DNA from: a bacterium | GTDB taxonomy: Bacteria; Patescibacteriota; Minisyncoccia; Phycocordibacterales; UBA2100 | DNA: 64,000 nucleotides | Assembly (NCBI GenBank): GCA_030674455.1 | Contig: JAUSGQ010000015.1 | Location: 5,574-69,573, forward strand | Direction of reading: 5' to 3' | Shown: positions 27,050-36,901 of the stretch, in pieces | Position numbering within the stretch: position 1 is the first letter of the stretch | How the letters are laid out: each line of letters begins with the position of its first letter | The notes under the pieces: model-generated | Told to the model about the DNA's origin: nothing | Databases searched by the model: none | What the model saw: only the letters and a program-made list of their open reading frames with translations | Program-made: the position numbers and the translations under genes

Positions 27050-28140
27050 GCAAGACCGGCACCATAGCAGTCCTGCCGGGCGACGGCATCGGCCCCGAGA
27101 TAATGGCCTCAGCAATCAAGGTCTTGGACGCAGTCAGCGCGAAATGCGGCCACACATTTGAGACAAAAGAAGGATTAACCGGCGGCCTCGCGTACGACAA
27201 ATTCGGCGTCCACCTGCCGGAAGAGACAATAAAAATCTGTGAAGCTTCCGACGCAATCCTCTTCGGCGCCGTCGGCGGTCATGTTTCCGACCAGGAATCC
27301 CCGCGCTGGAAAGATGCCGAAAAGAACGTCATCCTTGGGCTTCGCAAGAAATTCAATCTGTTCGCCAACCTGCGCCCGCTCAAAGTCTGGCCCGGAACGG
27401 AATCTTTTAGCCCGCTTCAGGAGCGCTTCATCAAAGGCACCGACGTTTTAATCGTGCGCGAACTTATCGCCGGTCTCTACTTCGGCCCGATGCGCCGCTT
27501 TGAAGAGAATGGAGAAATTACAGCGGAAGAAACGAGCCGCTACACATGGAAACAAATCGAGAACGTCGTGCGCATCGCGTTTCAGGCCGCGCAAAAGAGA
27601 AAAAAGAAACTCACCGTCGTCGACAAAGCGAATGTGCTGGAAACGTCGCGTCTCTGGCGCGAAGTCGCGCGCAAAATCCAGCTCGAGTTCCTTGATGTCG
27701 CCATGGATTTTATGTTCGTCGACAACGCGGCCCAACAGCTCGTTCGCTCACCCGCTTCGTTTGATGTCATTGCGACAGACAACATGTTCGGCGACATTTT
27801 AAGCGACCTCGGCGGCGCCGTCGTCGGCTCTCTCGGCTTGGTACCTTCCGCCAGCATATCCGCCAAAGGCGGAGAAAAGAAATTCGGCCTTTACGAACCC
27901 GCCCACGGCTCCGCGCCTGACATTGCAGGGAAAGGAATCGCGAACCCGACCGCGCAAATCCTCTCGCTCGCGATGCTCCTGCGCTACACCTACGAGCTAG
28001 ACAAAGAGGCGCAGGCAATTGAGGAAGCGGTGCTCGCAGCATGGAAAGCAGGCAAGAAAACGAAAGACCTCGCGGCCCCGGGCGAAGCGAGTCTTTCTAC
28101 CGATGAGTTCACATCTTGCGTCATCGAGAGATTGAAGTAA
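27046..28140 (+). CDS. leuB: 3-isopropylmalate dehydrogenase
   Basis: LPGDGIGPEI, VDKANVL, NMFGDILSD, YEPAHGSAPDIAG. Confidence 0.97.
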   Translation: MSKTGTIAVLPGDGIGPEIMASAIKVLDAVSAKCGHTFETKEGLTGGLAYDKFGVHLPEETIKICEASDAILFGAVGGHVSDQESPRWKDAEKNVILGLRKKFNLFANLRPLKVWPGTESFSPLQERFIKGTDVLIVRELIAGLYFGPMRRFEENGEITAEETSRYTWKQIENVVRIAFQAAQKRKKKLTVVDKANVLETSRLWREVARKIQLEFLDVAMDFMFVDNAAQQLVRSPASFDVIATDNMFGDILSDLGGAVVGSLGLVPSASISAKGGEKKFGLYEPAHGSAPDIAGKGIANPTAQILSLAMLLRYTYELDKEAQAIEEAVLAAWKAGKKTKDLAAPGEASLSTDEFTSCVIERLK

Positions 28141-28153
28141 TAATCAGGTGACT

Positions 28154-28260
28154 ATGAAGTCCCAATCTGCAAATGATACGAATACTACGAATGGCTACAA
28201 ATATTACACATCTTACATTTGTAGTTATTTGTAGATTGGGATAGATTCGTAGATTGGTAC
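28154..28260 (+). repeat. Family D copy 4 (minimal form)
   Basis: Encodes MKSQSANDTNTTNGYKYYTSYICSYL*; ends just before the ilvE ATG. Confidence 0.9.
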
Positions 28261-28265
28261 ACTCT

Positions 28266-29204
28266 ATGCAAGCGACAAAATACATCTGGTTTAATGGGAA
28301 GCTCGTTCCATGGAAGAGCGCAAAAATCCATGTGCTATCGCACTCGCTCCACTATGGTACTGCTGCTTTCGAGGGCATCCGCATGTACGACACAAAAAAA
28401 GGTCCTGCCATCTTCCACCTGAAACGACACATGGAACGCCTCATCTTCTCGGCCAAAAGTCTCGGGATGGATTTGCCGTATACACTCCCCCAGCTCATGC
28501 AGGCCGCGGTAGACACGGTGAGCAAGAATAAATTGAAGTCGTGCTACATCCGCCCCATCGCCTACTACGGTTTCGGCGAAGTGCGCGTGCTCCCCACCAA
28601 CTGCCCTATCGAAGTCGCTATCGCCGCATGGCCGTGGGGCGCCTACTTGGGCGACGAGCCGGCTCGCATCACAGTGGTAAAGACGCTCCGCATCCATCCG
28701 CAAACGCTCCGCGTGAAAGCGAAAATCAGCGGCCACTATGTGAACTCCATGCTCGCTGGCCGCGAGGCCACAGACCGCGGATTCACCGAAGCGCTTCAAC
28801 TAGACTACAAGGGCAATATCGCCGAAGGCCCGGGCGAAAATTTCTTTATCGTTAAGGGAAAGACCCTTACGACGCCGGCACTCGGCTCGATTCTCCCCGG
28901 CATTACTCGCGAATCTGTCATCACCCTCGCGCGCGACTTGGGCTACAAAGTGGTGGAGCGTGCGGTAACGGTTAAAGACGCGCTTTCTGCCGACGAATGT
29001 TTCTTCACCGGCACCGCCGCGGAAGTGACGGCCATCGCCTCGATAGACAATAAGAAAATGAAAACCGCTAGTGGTTCGTCTACAGATGCCGATGCCTACT
29101 CCATCGGCCCAGTCACTAAACAAATCCGCGAAGAATTCCTCAAAATAACGAGAGGCGAAAATCCAAAGTACAAAAAGTGGCTGACGTTTGTAAAAGAATA
29201 CTAG
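28266..29204 (+). CDS. ilvE: Branched-chain amino acid aminotransferase
   Basis: LHYGTAAFEGIR, KAKISGHY, EGPGENFF, ILPGITR, TGTAAEV. Confidence 0.96.
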   Translation: MQATKYIWFNGKLVPWKSAKIHVLSHSLHYGTAAFEGIRMYDTKKGPAIFHLKRHMERLIFSAKSLGMDLPYTLPQLMQAAVDTVSKNKLKSCYIRPIAYYGFGEVRVLPTNCPIEVAIAAWPWGAYLGDEPARITVVKTLRIHPQTLRVKAKISGHYVNSMLAGREATDRGFTEALQLDYKGNIAEGPGENFFIVKGKTLTTPALGSILPGITRESVITLARDLGYKVVERAVTVKDALSADECFFTGTAAEVTAIASIDNKKMKTASGSSTDADAYSIGPVTKQIREEFLKITRGENPKYKKWLTFVKEY

Positions 29205-29223
29205 CGGTTCCCATCGTATTCTC

Positions 29224-29290
29224 GAGGTGACTCCTGCCTTAACTTCGGACTCACCGAGGTGACTCCTTGGCATTTGCAAGGTGTCTCCTC
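29224..29290. repeat. AGGTGACTCCT/AGGTGTCTCCT short-palindrome cluster (REP-like)
   Basis: Related units at 44951-44982, 34812-34851 and 22298-22309. Confidence 0.6.
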
Positions 29291-29312
29291 GGGTTCGACC
29301 TCTCGCTTTCGC

Positions 29313-29708
29313 TCATCTATTCAAAATAGTTACCGTCAGCTGCAAAATTGTCGCAAAAGAAACCCAGAGAAGATACGGGATTTGAATGTACGTAATCCAG
29401 CGCGCAAAGGGATATATGGCGAGCATCGCCCAAATAAGCGTCGCGAGCACTAGAACAACGTCCACCGCAGCAAGCTCATTATTTTTCAGGCCGAATTGGA
29501 TCCACGTGAACGCGAAATTGAAGACAAGATTCAGAAGAAATGGCAGAGCAACCAGGAACGGAATTTCTTTTTGCCAGGCCATAAAAAACACTTTCCCGAA
29601 CGAAACCGCAATCAATATATACAGCACGCTCCACACCGGTCCGAATATCCAGCCGGGCGGCGCCCACGATGGCTTGATGAGGGTCTGGTATGAGGCGTAT
29701 GAATCCAT
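29313..29708 (-). CDS. tspO: TspO/MBR tryptophan-rich sensory protein
   Basis: KPSWAPPGWIFGPVW, PYLLWVSFAT. Confidence 0.9.
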   Translation of the reverse strand: MDSYASYQTLIKPSWAPPGWIFGPVWSVLYILIAVSFGKVFFMAWQKEIPFLVALPFLLNLVFNFAFTWIQFGLKNNELAAVDVVLVLATLIWAMLAIYPFARWITYIQIPYLLWVSFATILQLTVTILNR

Positions 29709-29731
29709 AACTGCTCCCGCATTATAACCCG

Positions 29732-29908
29732 CTAATCTTCCCTCAAGTGCTTATTGCGCGACTTTTTCATGCTCTCCATCCTGCCCTTCATGAGCGTAGA
29801 CCAGCCCAAAATCCCAATGGCCGACCGCACCGCCTCCGCCTCATCATCGCTAAGCGGATACTTACTAATCAGCTTTGTTAACACATCAATCGCCGTCTTA
29901 TCTTCCAT
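29732..29908 (-). CDS. Small hypothetical protein (58 aa)
   Basis: Extended -10 TGGTATAAT 6 nt before the ATG; EAVRSAIGILGW. Confidence 0.6.
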   Translation of the reverse strand: MEDKTAIDVLTKLISKYPLSDDEAEAVRSAIGILGWSTLMKGRMESMKKSRNKHLRED

Positions 29909-29962
29909 CCCAAAATTATACCAAACCACCAACCGCCAATCCCAACCCGTCTCCAATGACAC

Positions 29963-29986
29963 TCTCACATTCTTGAGAATGTGAGA
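29963..29986. repeat. Orphan 24-bp palindrome
   Basis: TCTCACATTCT-TG-AGAATGTGAGA. Confidence 0.7.
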
Positions 29987-30025
29987 ATGTTCATAAGACA
30001 AGCCGTACCGATATTGCTTTCTTTT

Positions 30026-31177
30026 TTAGCGCCAGCTTTTTGCACCCTCAAAAACAATCTTCGCGGAAGAACCGAGAACAATCAGAACTAGTACGAATTT
30101 AGCGAGACCGCCGAGCACGGGGATAAGTCCGAGCAACGTGTAGATAAGCACGCCGAGCAGTATCGTCTGCCATGTGAGCTGATATTCCGCTTGTTTGTAG
30201 AATTTCTTATACACGTATGCGCCGAGAAGCACCGCCGCCCACGCCGAAGCCGTGAGCATAAGCGCCCCGAAGAGGAGGAGCCCCAGCACGCCGAATGGAA
30301 TGCCGATGAGCGTTACAAGCGCAATGACAGAAGCTATCGGAAGAACAATAAGTACGATGAATCCTCGGCCAATTTCTTGGAACGGATGTGCCGCTGCGCT
30401 CGCGACAACCGCGAACGCAAAGCGTTTGAATAAGAGTCCGAGTACGAGTGCGAAGAGAAGCGCAGCCAGGAACTTACCGAGGAAGAGAGCGGACAGAATC
30501 GCGATTATGCCCTCTTTTGTAATCGGACTTTTTGCAGGACTCGTTAGCTGCGTGAAGGTCGTCTTCCCTTTCACCACAGCGCCGGTTTCAATAGTGGCTT
30601 CCGATGCCGCTGCGTAATCCAGATTGCCGTCGATAACAGCATCTTTGCCCAGTGTAAGTTTGTTGCCGGTGAATATTACATTTCCGCTCACATGAGAATT
30701 GATGACGACTTCGCCGCCCTTTAACTGCATCTTTCCTCCCACCGGAGCGTTTACCGCGAGAGCACCGCCTGCCCATACCACATCTCTGCCGACACTGCCG
30801 GAAATTTGCGTTTGTCCGCCCGCCACTACGATATCTTTTCCGACTTTACCGGCAATAGAAATGTTACCGCCCGCTACGCGCAAATCATCGCCAACATCCG
30901 AAAGAATAGCAATCGAGCCGCCGCCGATGAGAGCATCCTGCGAGACCGGACCATTAACTGAAACATTGCCTCCGCCGATAACAAGATCGCCGACCACCGT
31001 GCCGCCGCTTGAGATATTGCCGCCGAGGAGATAGAGGTCGTTATTTACCGTTTCTGTCGCGGAAAGCGTTGGCGACTCGCCCGTGCGAATCTCCGCCGCT
31101 ATCGCAGCTACCGGAATAATAAGCGTACTAATGATAATTGCCGCCCACGCCCACGAACCCTTTAAAGAGTTGCTCAT
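30026..31177 (-). CDS. Bactofilin/beta-helix repeat protein with C-terminal TM domain
   Basis: Repeated G.V.GD..(A/I)GG.(I/V) units followed by multiple TM helices. Confidence 0.8.
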   Translation of the reverse strand: MSNSLKGSWAWAAIIISTLIIPVAAIAAEIRTGESPTLSATETVNNDLYLLGGNISSGGTVVGDLVIGGGNVSVNGPVSQDALIGGGSIAILSDVGDDLRVAGGNISIAGKVGKDIVVAGGQTQISGSVGRDVVWAGGALAVNAPVGGKMQLKGGEVVINSHVSGNVIFTGNKLTLGKDAVIDGNLDYAAASEATIETGAVVKGKTTFTQLTSPAKSPITKEGIIAILSALFLGKFLAALLFALVLGLLFKRFAFAVVASAAAHPFQEIGRGFIVLIVLPIASVIALVTLIGIPFGVLGLLLFGALMLTASAWAAVLLGAYVYKKFYKQAEYQLTWQTILLGVLIYTLLGLIPVLGGLAKFVLVLIVLGSSAKIVFEGAKSWR

Positions 31178-31204
31178 GAATAAATGATACCCCCTCCCAC
31201 AGGC

Positions 31205-31252
31205 TTTTCAACTCCCTTATCAACCCCCTTTTCAACCCCCTTTTCAACCCCT
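31205..31252. repeat. Four tandem 12-nt repeats (TTTTCAACCCCC)
   Basis: Read directly. Confidence 0.75.
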
Positions 31253-31256
31253 ATTT

Positions 31257-31292
31257 TCTTATTGCAGTGTTTTGCAAAACACTGCAATAAGA
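31257..31292. repeat. Perfect 36-bp palindrome downstream of ArsR paralog 2
   Basis: TCTTATTGCAGTGTTTTGCAAAACACTGCAATAAGA; variants at 31356-31387 and 31652-31683. Confidence 0.92.
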
Positions 31293-31355
31293 TACTGAAA
31301 GAAAAAATCGGCGCTATCGTTTTTACACTTTATCGCCCCGTCACTCAATTTCTCG

Positions 31356-31637
31356 CTATTGCAGTCTTTTGCAAAACACTAGAATAGACTCCCCGCGCGG
31401 CGTTAGTTTGTGTCGGACACTGGGTCCCTCGTTTCGCTTCAGCACAAGACCTGCAATCGCAAGTTTGCGAACATGGTCGGACGCATTTTCGTATCCAATA
31501 TCCAACCTTTCGGAAATATCCTCTACTGATAACTCCGGTTCGCGCTTCAGCAAATCCATAATCTGAACGCGCCGGTGATTAGCGAACCCCTTCACGATTC
31601 GTTCGATATTTCTGTACTGACTACTATCTACCGCCAT
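31356..31637 (-). CDS. ArsR-like winged-helix protein, paralog 2
   Basis: Closely similar to 24871-25161; the last codons (ILVFCKRLQ*) are a palindrome copy. Confidence 0.85.
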   Translation of the reverse strand: MAVDSSQYRNIERIVKGFANHRRVQIMDLLKREPELSVEDISERLDIGYENASDHVRKLAIAGLVLKRNEGPSVRHKLTPRGESILVFCKRLQ

Positions 31638-31651
31638 GCTCCCATTTTACC

Positions 31652-31683
31652 CTATTGCAGTGTTTTGCAAAACACTGGAATAG
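31652..31683. repeat. Palindrome upstream of ArsR paralog 2
   Basis: CTATTGCAGTGTTTTGCAAAACACTGGAATAG, next to -10 TAAAAT (31644-31649). Confidence 0.9.
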
Positions 31684-31746
31684 AGAAAACTGTTTATAAC
31701 CGTGTACAGACAGTACAGACGAGGTGTGCGCTCCGTCGGAAACTGG

Positions 31747-32061
31747 CTAGTATGAATACGTAATTTCCCTAATTTGCGGCAATACCTTTTTTATCTTTTC
31801 ATCCATGCTTACGCCGAAGTGAAGGTCTGCCAATCCGCATCCTTGGCAATTTCCGACCAAGCGCAAGATAACCGAATCCGACTCCACGGCAACGAGTTCC
31901 GCGCCCCCTCCGTGTTCCGTGAACATGGGCTCAAATTCTTTCAAAACTGCCTCAACCGCGGCGATGATTTGTTTTGTGGTCTTCTTTTTAGTTGGTTTTG
32001 TGCTCTTTTTCCCTGCCCCACTAGAGACAGTTCGCGCTCGTATGTCTTTCTTTATAGTCAT
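31747..32061 (-). CDS. NifU C-terminal domain (NfuA-like) Fe-S carrier
   Basis: HGGGAELV..LRLVGNCQGC. Confidence 0.85.
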   Translation of the reverse strand: MTIKKDIRARTVSSGAGKKSTKPTKKKTTKQIIAAVEAVLKEFEPMFTEHGGGAELVAVESDSVILRLVGNCQGCGLADLHFGVSMDEKIKKVLPQIREITYSY

Positions 32062-32132
32062 AGGTCATTTAGTGTATCAAAAACCAGCAAACATTCGATA
32101 TTTTTTTCTCTAATGGAGAACTTTTGAGTTGT

Positions 32133-33032
32133 TCACTTTGATTCACCAATTCCGATCAGAGTGTCTCCGATTCGCACGATGCGAATTTCATCATTATCCA
32201 TTTCACACACCAGCCCCGTAAAATTGCTGCGTACAAAGTTTCTTGTTCTATCGGAAATCATCTCTCCTACTACATCCCCTTTCAAGATTTTTTTGCCGAG
32301 AGCAAGCTGTTTGTTTTTAATAAACTCTCCTGTTTTTTCTGATTTGATAAGATTTATTACAACATGGGGAATTTCATCAAATTCAATTGCTTTGAAATTA
32401 TTTTTATTTTCACGACCCTGCAGATAAGCAATTAATCCAGATACGATTCGGTCTATCTGCTCTCGACTCACTTTATGCTCAACTGGTACTTCGAGAAGAA
32501 TGTATGGGATGCGCGATTCTTTTAAATACTGCGCCAATGTTCCGGTCTTTCGGTTCTTATGCTCCGCGGGTGAGGAGCGGACCACATCTGGATCGAAGAG
32601 GGTCGCTACCTGATCTGCACGGCCAACATGATTAGAGACAACTTGAATCAAGCCCGCGGTAGTGAAATTGTGCAGGTCAATAACGCAATCATGTTGTTTT
32701 GCAATACTGATAATCTTTCTGATGATTCCATGCGCGAGACCCTCATCAACTGCGTCAAAGAAATGTCTGTTCAGATCGAGACCAGAGGTACTTTCCTGGC
32801 GAGAATTTGCCAGAAAACCTGTGGGATTTGCGATCGGCAGGATAGTTAATGTGCCAATAAATGTCGGCAATTTCTGCATTAATTCGCCAATGATAATCTG
32901 TCCCGATTTTTCATTACCATGTATGCCGGATATCAATAATGTTTTCGGCGCACCCCCACCAAATGAAAGACAATCAAGGAAAATCGGTTCATCCGGGTTG
33001 GGAATCGAGAGTTTGCTTTTTACAAAATCCAT
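32133..33032 (-). CDS. Succinylglutamate desuccinylase/aspartoacylase (M14-like) protein
   Basis: GIHGNE, ANP, DLNRHF, IDLHN. Confidence 0.85.
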   Translation of the reverse strand: MDFVKSKLSIPNPDEPIFLDCLSFGGGAPKTLLISGIHGNEKSGQIIIGELMQKLPTFIGTLTILPIANPTGFLANSRQESTSGLDLNRHFFDAVDEGLAHGIIRKIISIAKQHDCVIDLHNFTTAGLIQVVSNHVGRADQVATLFDPDVVRSSPAEHKNRKTGTLAQYLKESRIPYILLEVPVEHKVSREQIDRIVSGLIAYLQGRENKNNFKAIEFDEIPHVVINLIKSEKTGEFIKNKQLALGKKILKGDVVGEMISDRTRNFVRSNFTGLVCEMDNDEIRIVRIGDTLIGIGESK

Positions 33033-33106
33033 CGGAATGGCGCAGCCAGAACTACTGAACGCACTTTTTAACGATATTTTTTAACTTTCAACTACAGGCG
33101 AATGGG

Positions 33107-34711
33107 TTACTGGTTGAGAGCCGCGCGGGTACTCGGGCCGACATAGCCGGCCGCTTTAATGCCTTTCGCGTTTTGGAATTTCTTGACTGCGGCTTCTGTC
33201 ACTTTCCCGAAGTATCCGGTCGCCGAGCCCGAGAAAAATCCAAGCCCGGCGAGGCGCTTCTGGAGTTCAAGAACGTCCGTCCCAGTGTCGCGCAGGCCGA
33301 TGAAATTCTTGAAGACGTACGCATCTCCCGCCGTCGTGCTCGCGCCCCCACTTGCGTTCGCCGCTCCGGAGGAACTCTGTGGCAGCGCATTGAGAGCCGC
33401 GCGAGTCGCGGGACCGACGATACCGACCGCCTGCAATCCGTTCGCCTTTTGGAATTTCTTGACGGCGGCGGTCGTGGCCGGCCCGAAGTGGCCATTCGGA
33501 ACGGCCGTTAGGAATCCTTGCTCCGCGAGTACTTTTTGCAATTGTAAAACGATATCGCTCGTTTGCCCTGGGCGCAGAGTTGCGCTGAAGATGCCGACGG
33601 AAGAAGGCGCGGGATTCGCGGCGCTTGCTGGAGTCGATAGAGTGGCGATTTGAGCCTGAACTTTGGCGACTTGGTCCAGCAGAGCGGAAAGCGCCGTACT
33701 GCTCGCGGTGCCTGATGTGGAACTGGCGACACTAGCGGAACTGGAAGCGGAAACTGCCGACGAGGGGTCAACTCCGCCGGGGCCCAGAACGACGATGGTC
33801 TGCGTCGTTGAAGCGGATTGTCCGTATGAGCCTATCGTTCCGATGACTTTGATGACATGCGTTCCGAAATCGCTCGCGAGCGGCGTCCACGAGAAGAGCC
33901 CCGACGCGTTAATGTTGCTGTTCGTTATGGATGATGTTGTACCGGTGAACGCGTCGGAGACGGAAAAGGTAGTGGGCCAATAACCCGCAGCGCTCGTCGT
34001 AAATGTAACGGTCTGACCGGGGGTAATGTTTCCCGATGGAGAGACGGACGGGATAGTGAGCGTCGGGTCCGCGCCCACGCGCAATGTTTTACTGACTGAG
34101 GCACTGCGGCCTAAAGAATCGCGGGCATATACCGTGAGAAGGTGTTCGCCTTGCTGATCCACATCCGGAGTCCAAGAGAAATTCCCCGCTGCATCAATGT
34201 TTGTATCCCTGATACTTGTCCCAGCGGTTCCGCCGAACGAATCACCGAGGGAAAAAATCGGGTTGGTGAATCCCGATGTAGTCGCGGTAAACGTAAGTTT
34301 TGCGGCGGATAAAACGGTTGTTCCGGGGGATAGTGATTGGATCGAAATCGAGGGCGGCGGAATTACGACAATCGTCGCGGTCGTACTCGCCGCATTGCCA
34401 ATATTATCAGAGGCGCTGATAGTGAGCGGGTGAGTGCCTACGTCGCTTACTGCCGGAGTCCAAGAGAACTCACCGACGACGCTGAAGTTGCTATTTGATA
34501 CAGTTGATGTGCCAAAGGCATCCGATATTACGTATATGCGCGAGGTGAAACCAGTGGGCACGATAGTGAATGCGATAGTTGTGCCGGCAGGTACCGCACC
34601 CGTTGGAGAAAGCGATTGGACGGCAATCGACAGTGTGTCTGCGAATGCAAAAGGGGCTACGAAGAGTACGCACCCGAATACCGCCGCGACAAGATGCTTA
34701 AGCGATTTCAT
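33107..34711 (-). CDS. Exported protein with three Ig-like repeats and two peptidoglycan-binding domains
   Basis: FSWTP...GTH/GEH repeats; FGPATTAAVKKFQ..GIVGPATRAALN twice. Confidence 0.85.
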   Translation of the reverse strand: MKSLKHLVAAVFGCVLFVAPFAFADTLSIAVQSLSPTGAVPAGTTIAFTIVPTGFTSRIYVISDAFGTSTVSNSNFSVVGEFSWTPAVSDVGTHPLTISASDNIGNAASTTATIVVIPPPSISIQSLSPGTTVLSAAKLTFTATTSGFTNPIFSLGDSFGGTAGTSIRDTNIDAAGNFSWTPDVDQQGEHLLTVYARDSLGRSASVSKTLRVGADPTLTIPSVSPSGNITPGQTVTFTTSAAGYWPTTFSVSDAFTGTTSSITNSNINASGLFSWTPLASDFGTHVIKVIGTIGSYGQSASTTQTIVVLGPGGVDPSSAVSASSSASVASSTSGTASSTALSALLDQVAKVQAQIATLSTPASAANPAPSSVGIFSATLRPGQTSDIVLQLQKVLAEQGFLTAVPNGHFGPATTAAVKKFQKANGLQAVGIVGPATRAALNALPQSSSGAANASGGASTTAGDAYVFKNFIGLRDTGTDVLELQKRLAGLGFFSGSATGYFGKVTEAAVKKFQNAKGIKAAGYVGPSTRAALNQ

Positions 34712-34771
34712 TAGCTTTAATTATACGCCAGAGCTGAAAACGTACCAGTCCAGCTTGGGTGCGCATCTTGC

Positions 34772-34896
34772 GTCATTGCGAGCGGAGCGGAGCAAGCCAG
34801 AATCCTTCCCCAAGGTGAGACCTTAGGAGTGACTCTTTAAGGTCTCACCTTAAGAATTCAAATTTCCTGGATTGCTTCGCATAGCTCACAATGACA
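34772..34896. repeat. GTCATTGCGAG...CTC(A/G)CAATGAC palindromic element (family H) with a nested palindrome at 34812-34851
   Basis: Ends match the second copy at 36801-36877. Confidence 0.75.
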
Positions 34897-34914
34897 ATTC
34901 AAGGGTATGGGTGA

Positions 34915-35289
34915 CTACTCTCCAGCTACCGCCTTTTGAAGTGCATATAGCGAAAGAAGCATGCAGGGTAACCTGGCCGGTCCTATTTTGGCGCGCATTA
35001 ATTCTTGAATCTGGTCGGGGCCGGTGGATTTTAGTTTTTTGACAGTTTTGCCAACCATCCATTCGGTAAATTGAGAGCTGGACGCAACGGAAAGCGCACA
35101 CCCCGAACCGCTGAAACGCACTTTCTCAACGACACCTTTCTTGTTCACCTTTAACTGTAAACGAATTTTGTCGCCGCACAATGGATTTACCGCTTCCGCT
35201 TCATACGTTGGATTTTTCATCACGCCGAAATTTTGCGGATTTCGGTAATGCTCCATTATTTCCTCTCTGTAGATGTCATTATTATCCAT
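34915..35289 (-). CDS. sufU: SufU/IscU-like protein
   Basis: HYRNPQNFG, NPLCGD, GCALS, RLPC. Confidence 0.9.
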   Translation of the reverse strand: MDNNDIYREEIMEHYRNPQNFGVMKNPTYEAEAVNPLCGDKIRLQLKVNKKGVVEKVRFSGSGCALSVASSSQFTEWMVGKTVKKLKSTGPDQIQELMRAKIGPARLPCMLLSLYALQKAVAGE

Positions 35290-35293
35290 ACTT

Positions 35294-35459
35294 GTACCAA
35301 TCAACGAATGAATTCCAATCTACAAATAACTGCGAATGAACAACTCGCACCGTCTACAGGTGCCGACCAATGACCGGTCGGCCATTTGTAGCCATTCGCC
35401 CGCCTGCGCCGAGGCTTCGGCGGGCAGGTAGTATTCGGATGATTTGTAGATTGGGACAT
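35294..35459 (-). repeat. Family D copy 5 (nested B and C)
   Basis: Nearly identical to copy 6. Confidence 0.92.
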
Positions 35460-35467
35460 ATAGTTTT

Positions 35468-36718
35468 TTATTGAAATTTCCTTTGAATCGTAACGAGCGC
35501 ACTCACCAATCGGTCAACCTCTTCGGCGGTATTGTAAATACAAAGACTAGCTCTCACCGATGCATCAAGCGAAAGGCTCTCGTGCAAAATCTGCGCGCAG
35601 TGGTGGCCGGCGCGAACGGCAATCCCCTCTCTATCAAGCAGGGTCGCAATATCGTGCGCGTGAATTCCTTTGATCGTAAAACTGAATATCGGCGCTCTCG
35701 CCTTCGTTGTCGCGGGGCCGAGCAGTGCGAGGCCGGGAACATTTTTGAGTGCGCGGAGCGCGTAGGCAGTCAGACTGCCTTCATATTTCGCAATGTTATT
35801 CAATCCGATACTTTGCAGAAATGAAATCGCCGCGCCCAAGCCGATAACTTCGGCAACGGGCGGCGTCCCGCCTTCAAATTTCTCGGGCAAGGGCGCGTAG
35901 GTAGTCTTTGTGCGCGTGACTTCTGCTATCATGTGGCCGCCGAATTTATGAGGCGGCAATTTCTCCAACAGTTCTTTTTTACCGTACAAAACGCCAATCC
36001 CCGTCGGACCGTACATTTTATGGCCGGAAAAGGCCAAGAAATCGCACCCGAGCGCCTGCACGTCAACCGCGCCGTGCGCTATTGATTGCGCCGCGTCCAC
36101 CAGCACCAACGCGCCTGCCTTGTGCGCGAGTGAGATCATCTCCCGAACAGGATTCTCAGTTCCCAGTACGTTTGAAACATGAGTAACGCCGACAAACTTC
36201 GGCTTGTGCTTCGCCAATAATTTCTTGAAAGCGCCAATATCAATTCTTCCCTCGCTATTGAGCGGAACAAAATCTAGTTTCAATTTCTTCCGCGCGGTCG
36301 ACCGATCAATGGTCGACACCTGTAGACGGGCTGCGGCCTGCCACGGCACAATCATCGCGTGATGCTCCATGTCTGATAGCAAAATCCGGTCTCCACGTTT
36401 CAAAAAAGCCTCGGATAATCCGGCAACGACGACATTGATGCTCTCGGTTGCTCCCGAAGTAAATATGATTTCTTCGCGATGCTTTGCGTTTACAAATTCT
36501 TTTACCTGGTCGCGAACTTTCTCGTACGCTGCAGTCGCGCCTTCGGCAAGCGCGTACACGCCGCGATGAACCGGCGCATTCTGCGAGCGGTAAAATTTGT
36601 CCATCGCTTCAATAACCGTAGCGGGCTTCTGCGTCGTCGCCGCGTTGTCCAAATACGCCAGGGGCTTCAGGCCTCGCTTTTGAAATATGGGAAATTGATT
36701 GCGGATTTTGGGAATCAT
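35468..36718 (-). CDS. sufS: Cysteine desulfurase
   Basis: YLDNAATTQKP, SGHKMYGPTG, RAGHHCA. Confidence 0.95.
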   Translation of the reverse strand: MIPKIRNQFPIFQKRGLKPLAYLDNAATTQKPATVIEAMDKFYRSQNAPVHRGVYALAEGATAAYEKVRDQVKEFVNAKHREEIIFTSGATESINVVVAGLSEAFLKRGDRILLSDMEHHAMIVPWQAAARLQVSTIDRSTARKKLKLDFVPLNSEGRIDIGAFKKLLAKHKPKFVGVTHVSNVLGTENPVREMISLAHKAGALVLVDAAQSIAHGAVDVQALGCDFLAFSGHKMYGPTGIGVLYGKKELLEKLPPHKFGGHMIAEVTRTKTTYAPLPEKFEGGTPPVAEVIGLGAAISFLQSIGLNNIAKYEGSLTAYALRALKNVPGLALLGPATTKARAPIFSFTIKGIHAHDIATLLDREGIAVRAGHHCAQILHESLSLDASVRASLCIYNTAEEVDRLVSALVTIQRKFQ

Positions 36719-36765
36719 ATAGGACCTACGCAAGAACCTCAAAAAACAGCGCAAAACCGAGCTTC

Positions 36766-36877
36766 TCGTCTACAGATGCCGATGCATACCCCATCGGCCT
36801 GTCTTTGCGAGCGGAGCGAAGCAATCCAGGTTCTATGGCTCTAATCCTAGATTGCTTCGGCAAAGCCTCGCAATAAC
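36766..36877. repeat. Family B unit abutting a family H element
   Basis: TCGTCTACAGATGCCGAT..ATCGGC, then GTCTTTGCGAGCGGAGCGAAGCAATC..GATTGCTTCG..CTCGCAATAAC. Confidence 0.75.
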
Positions 36878-36901
36878 GATTCAGATGTTGCGTAAGTCCT
36901 T

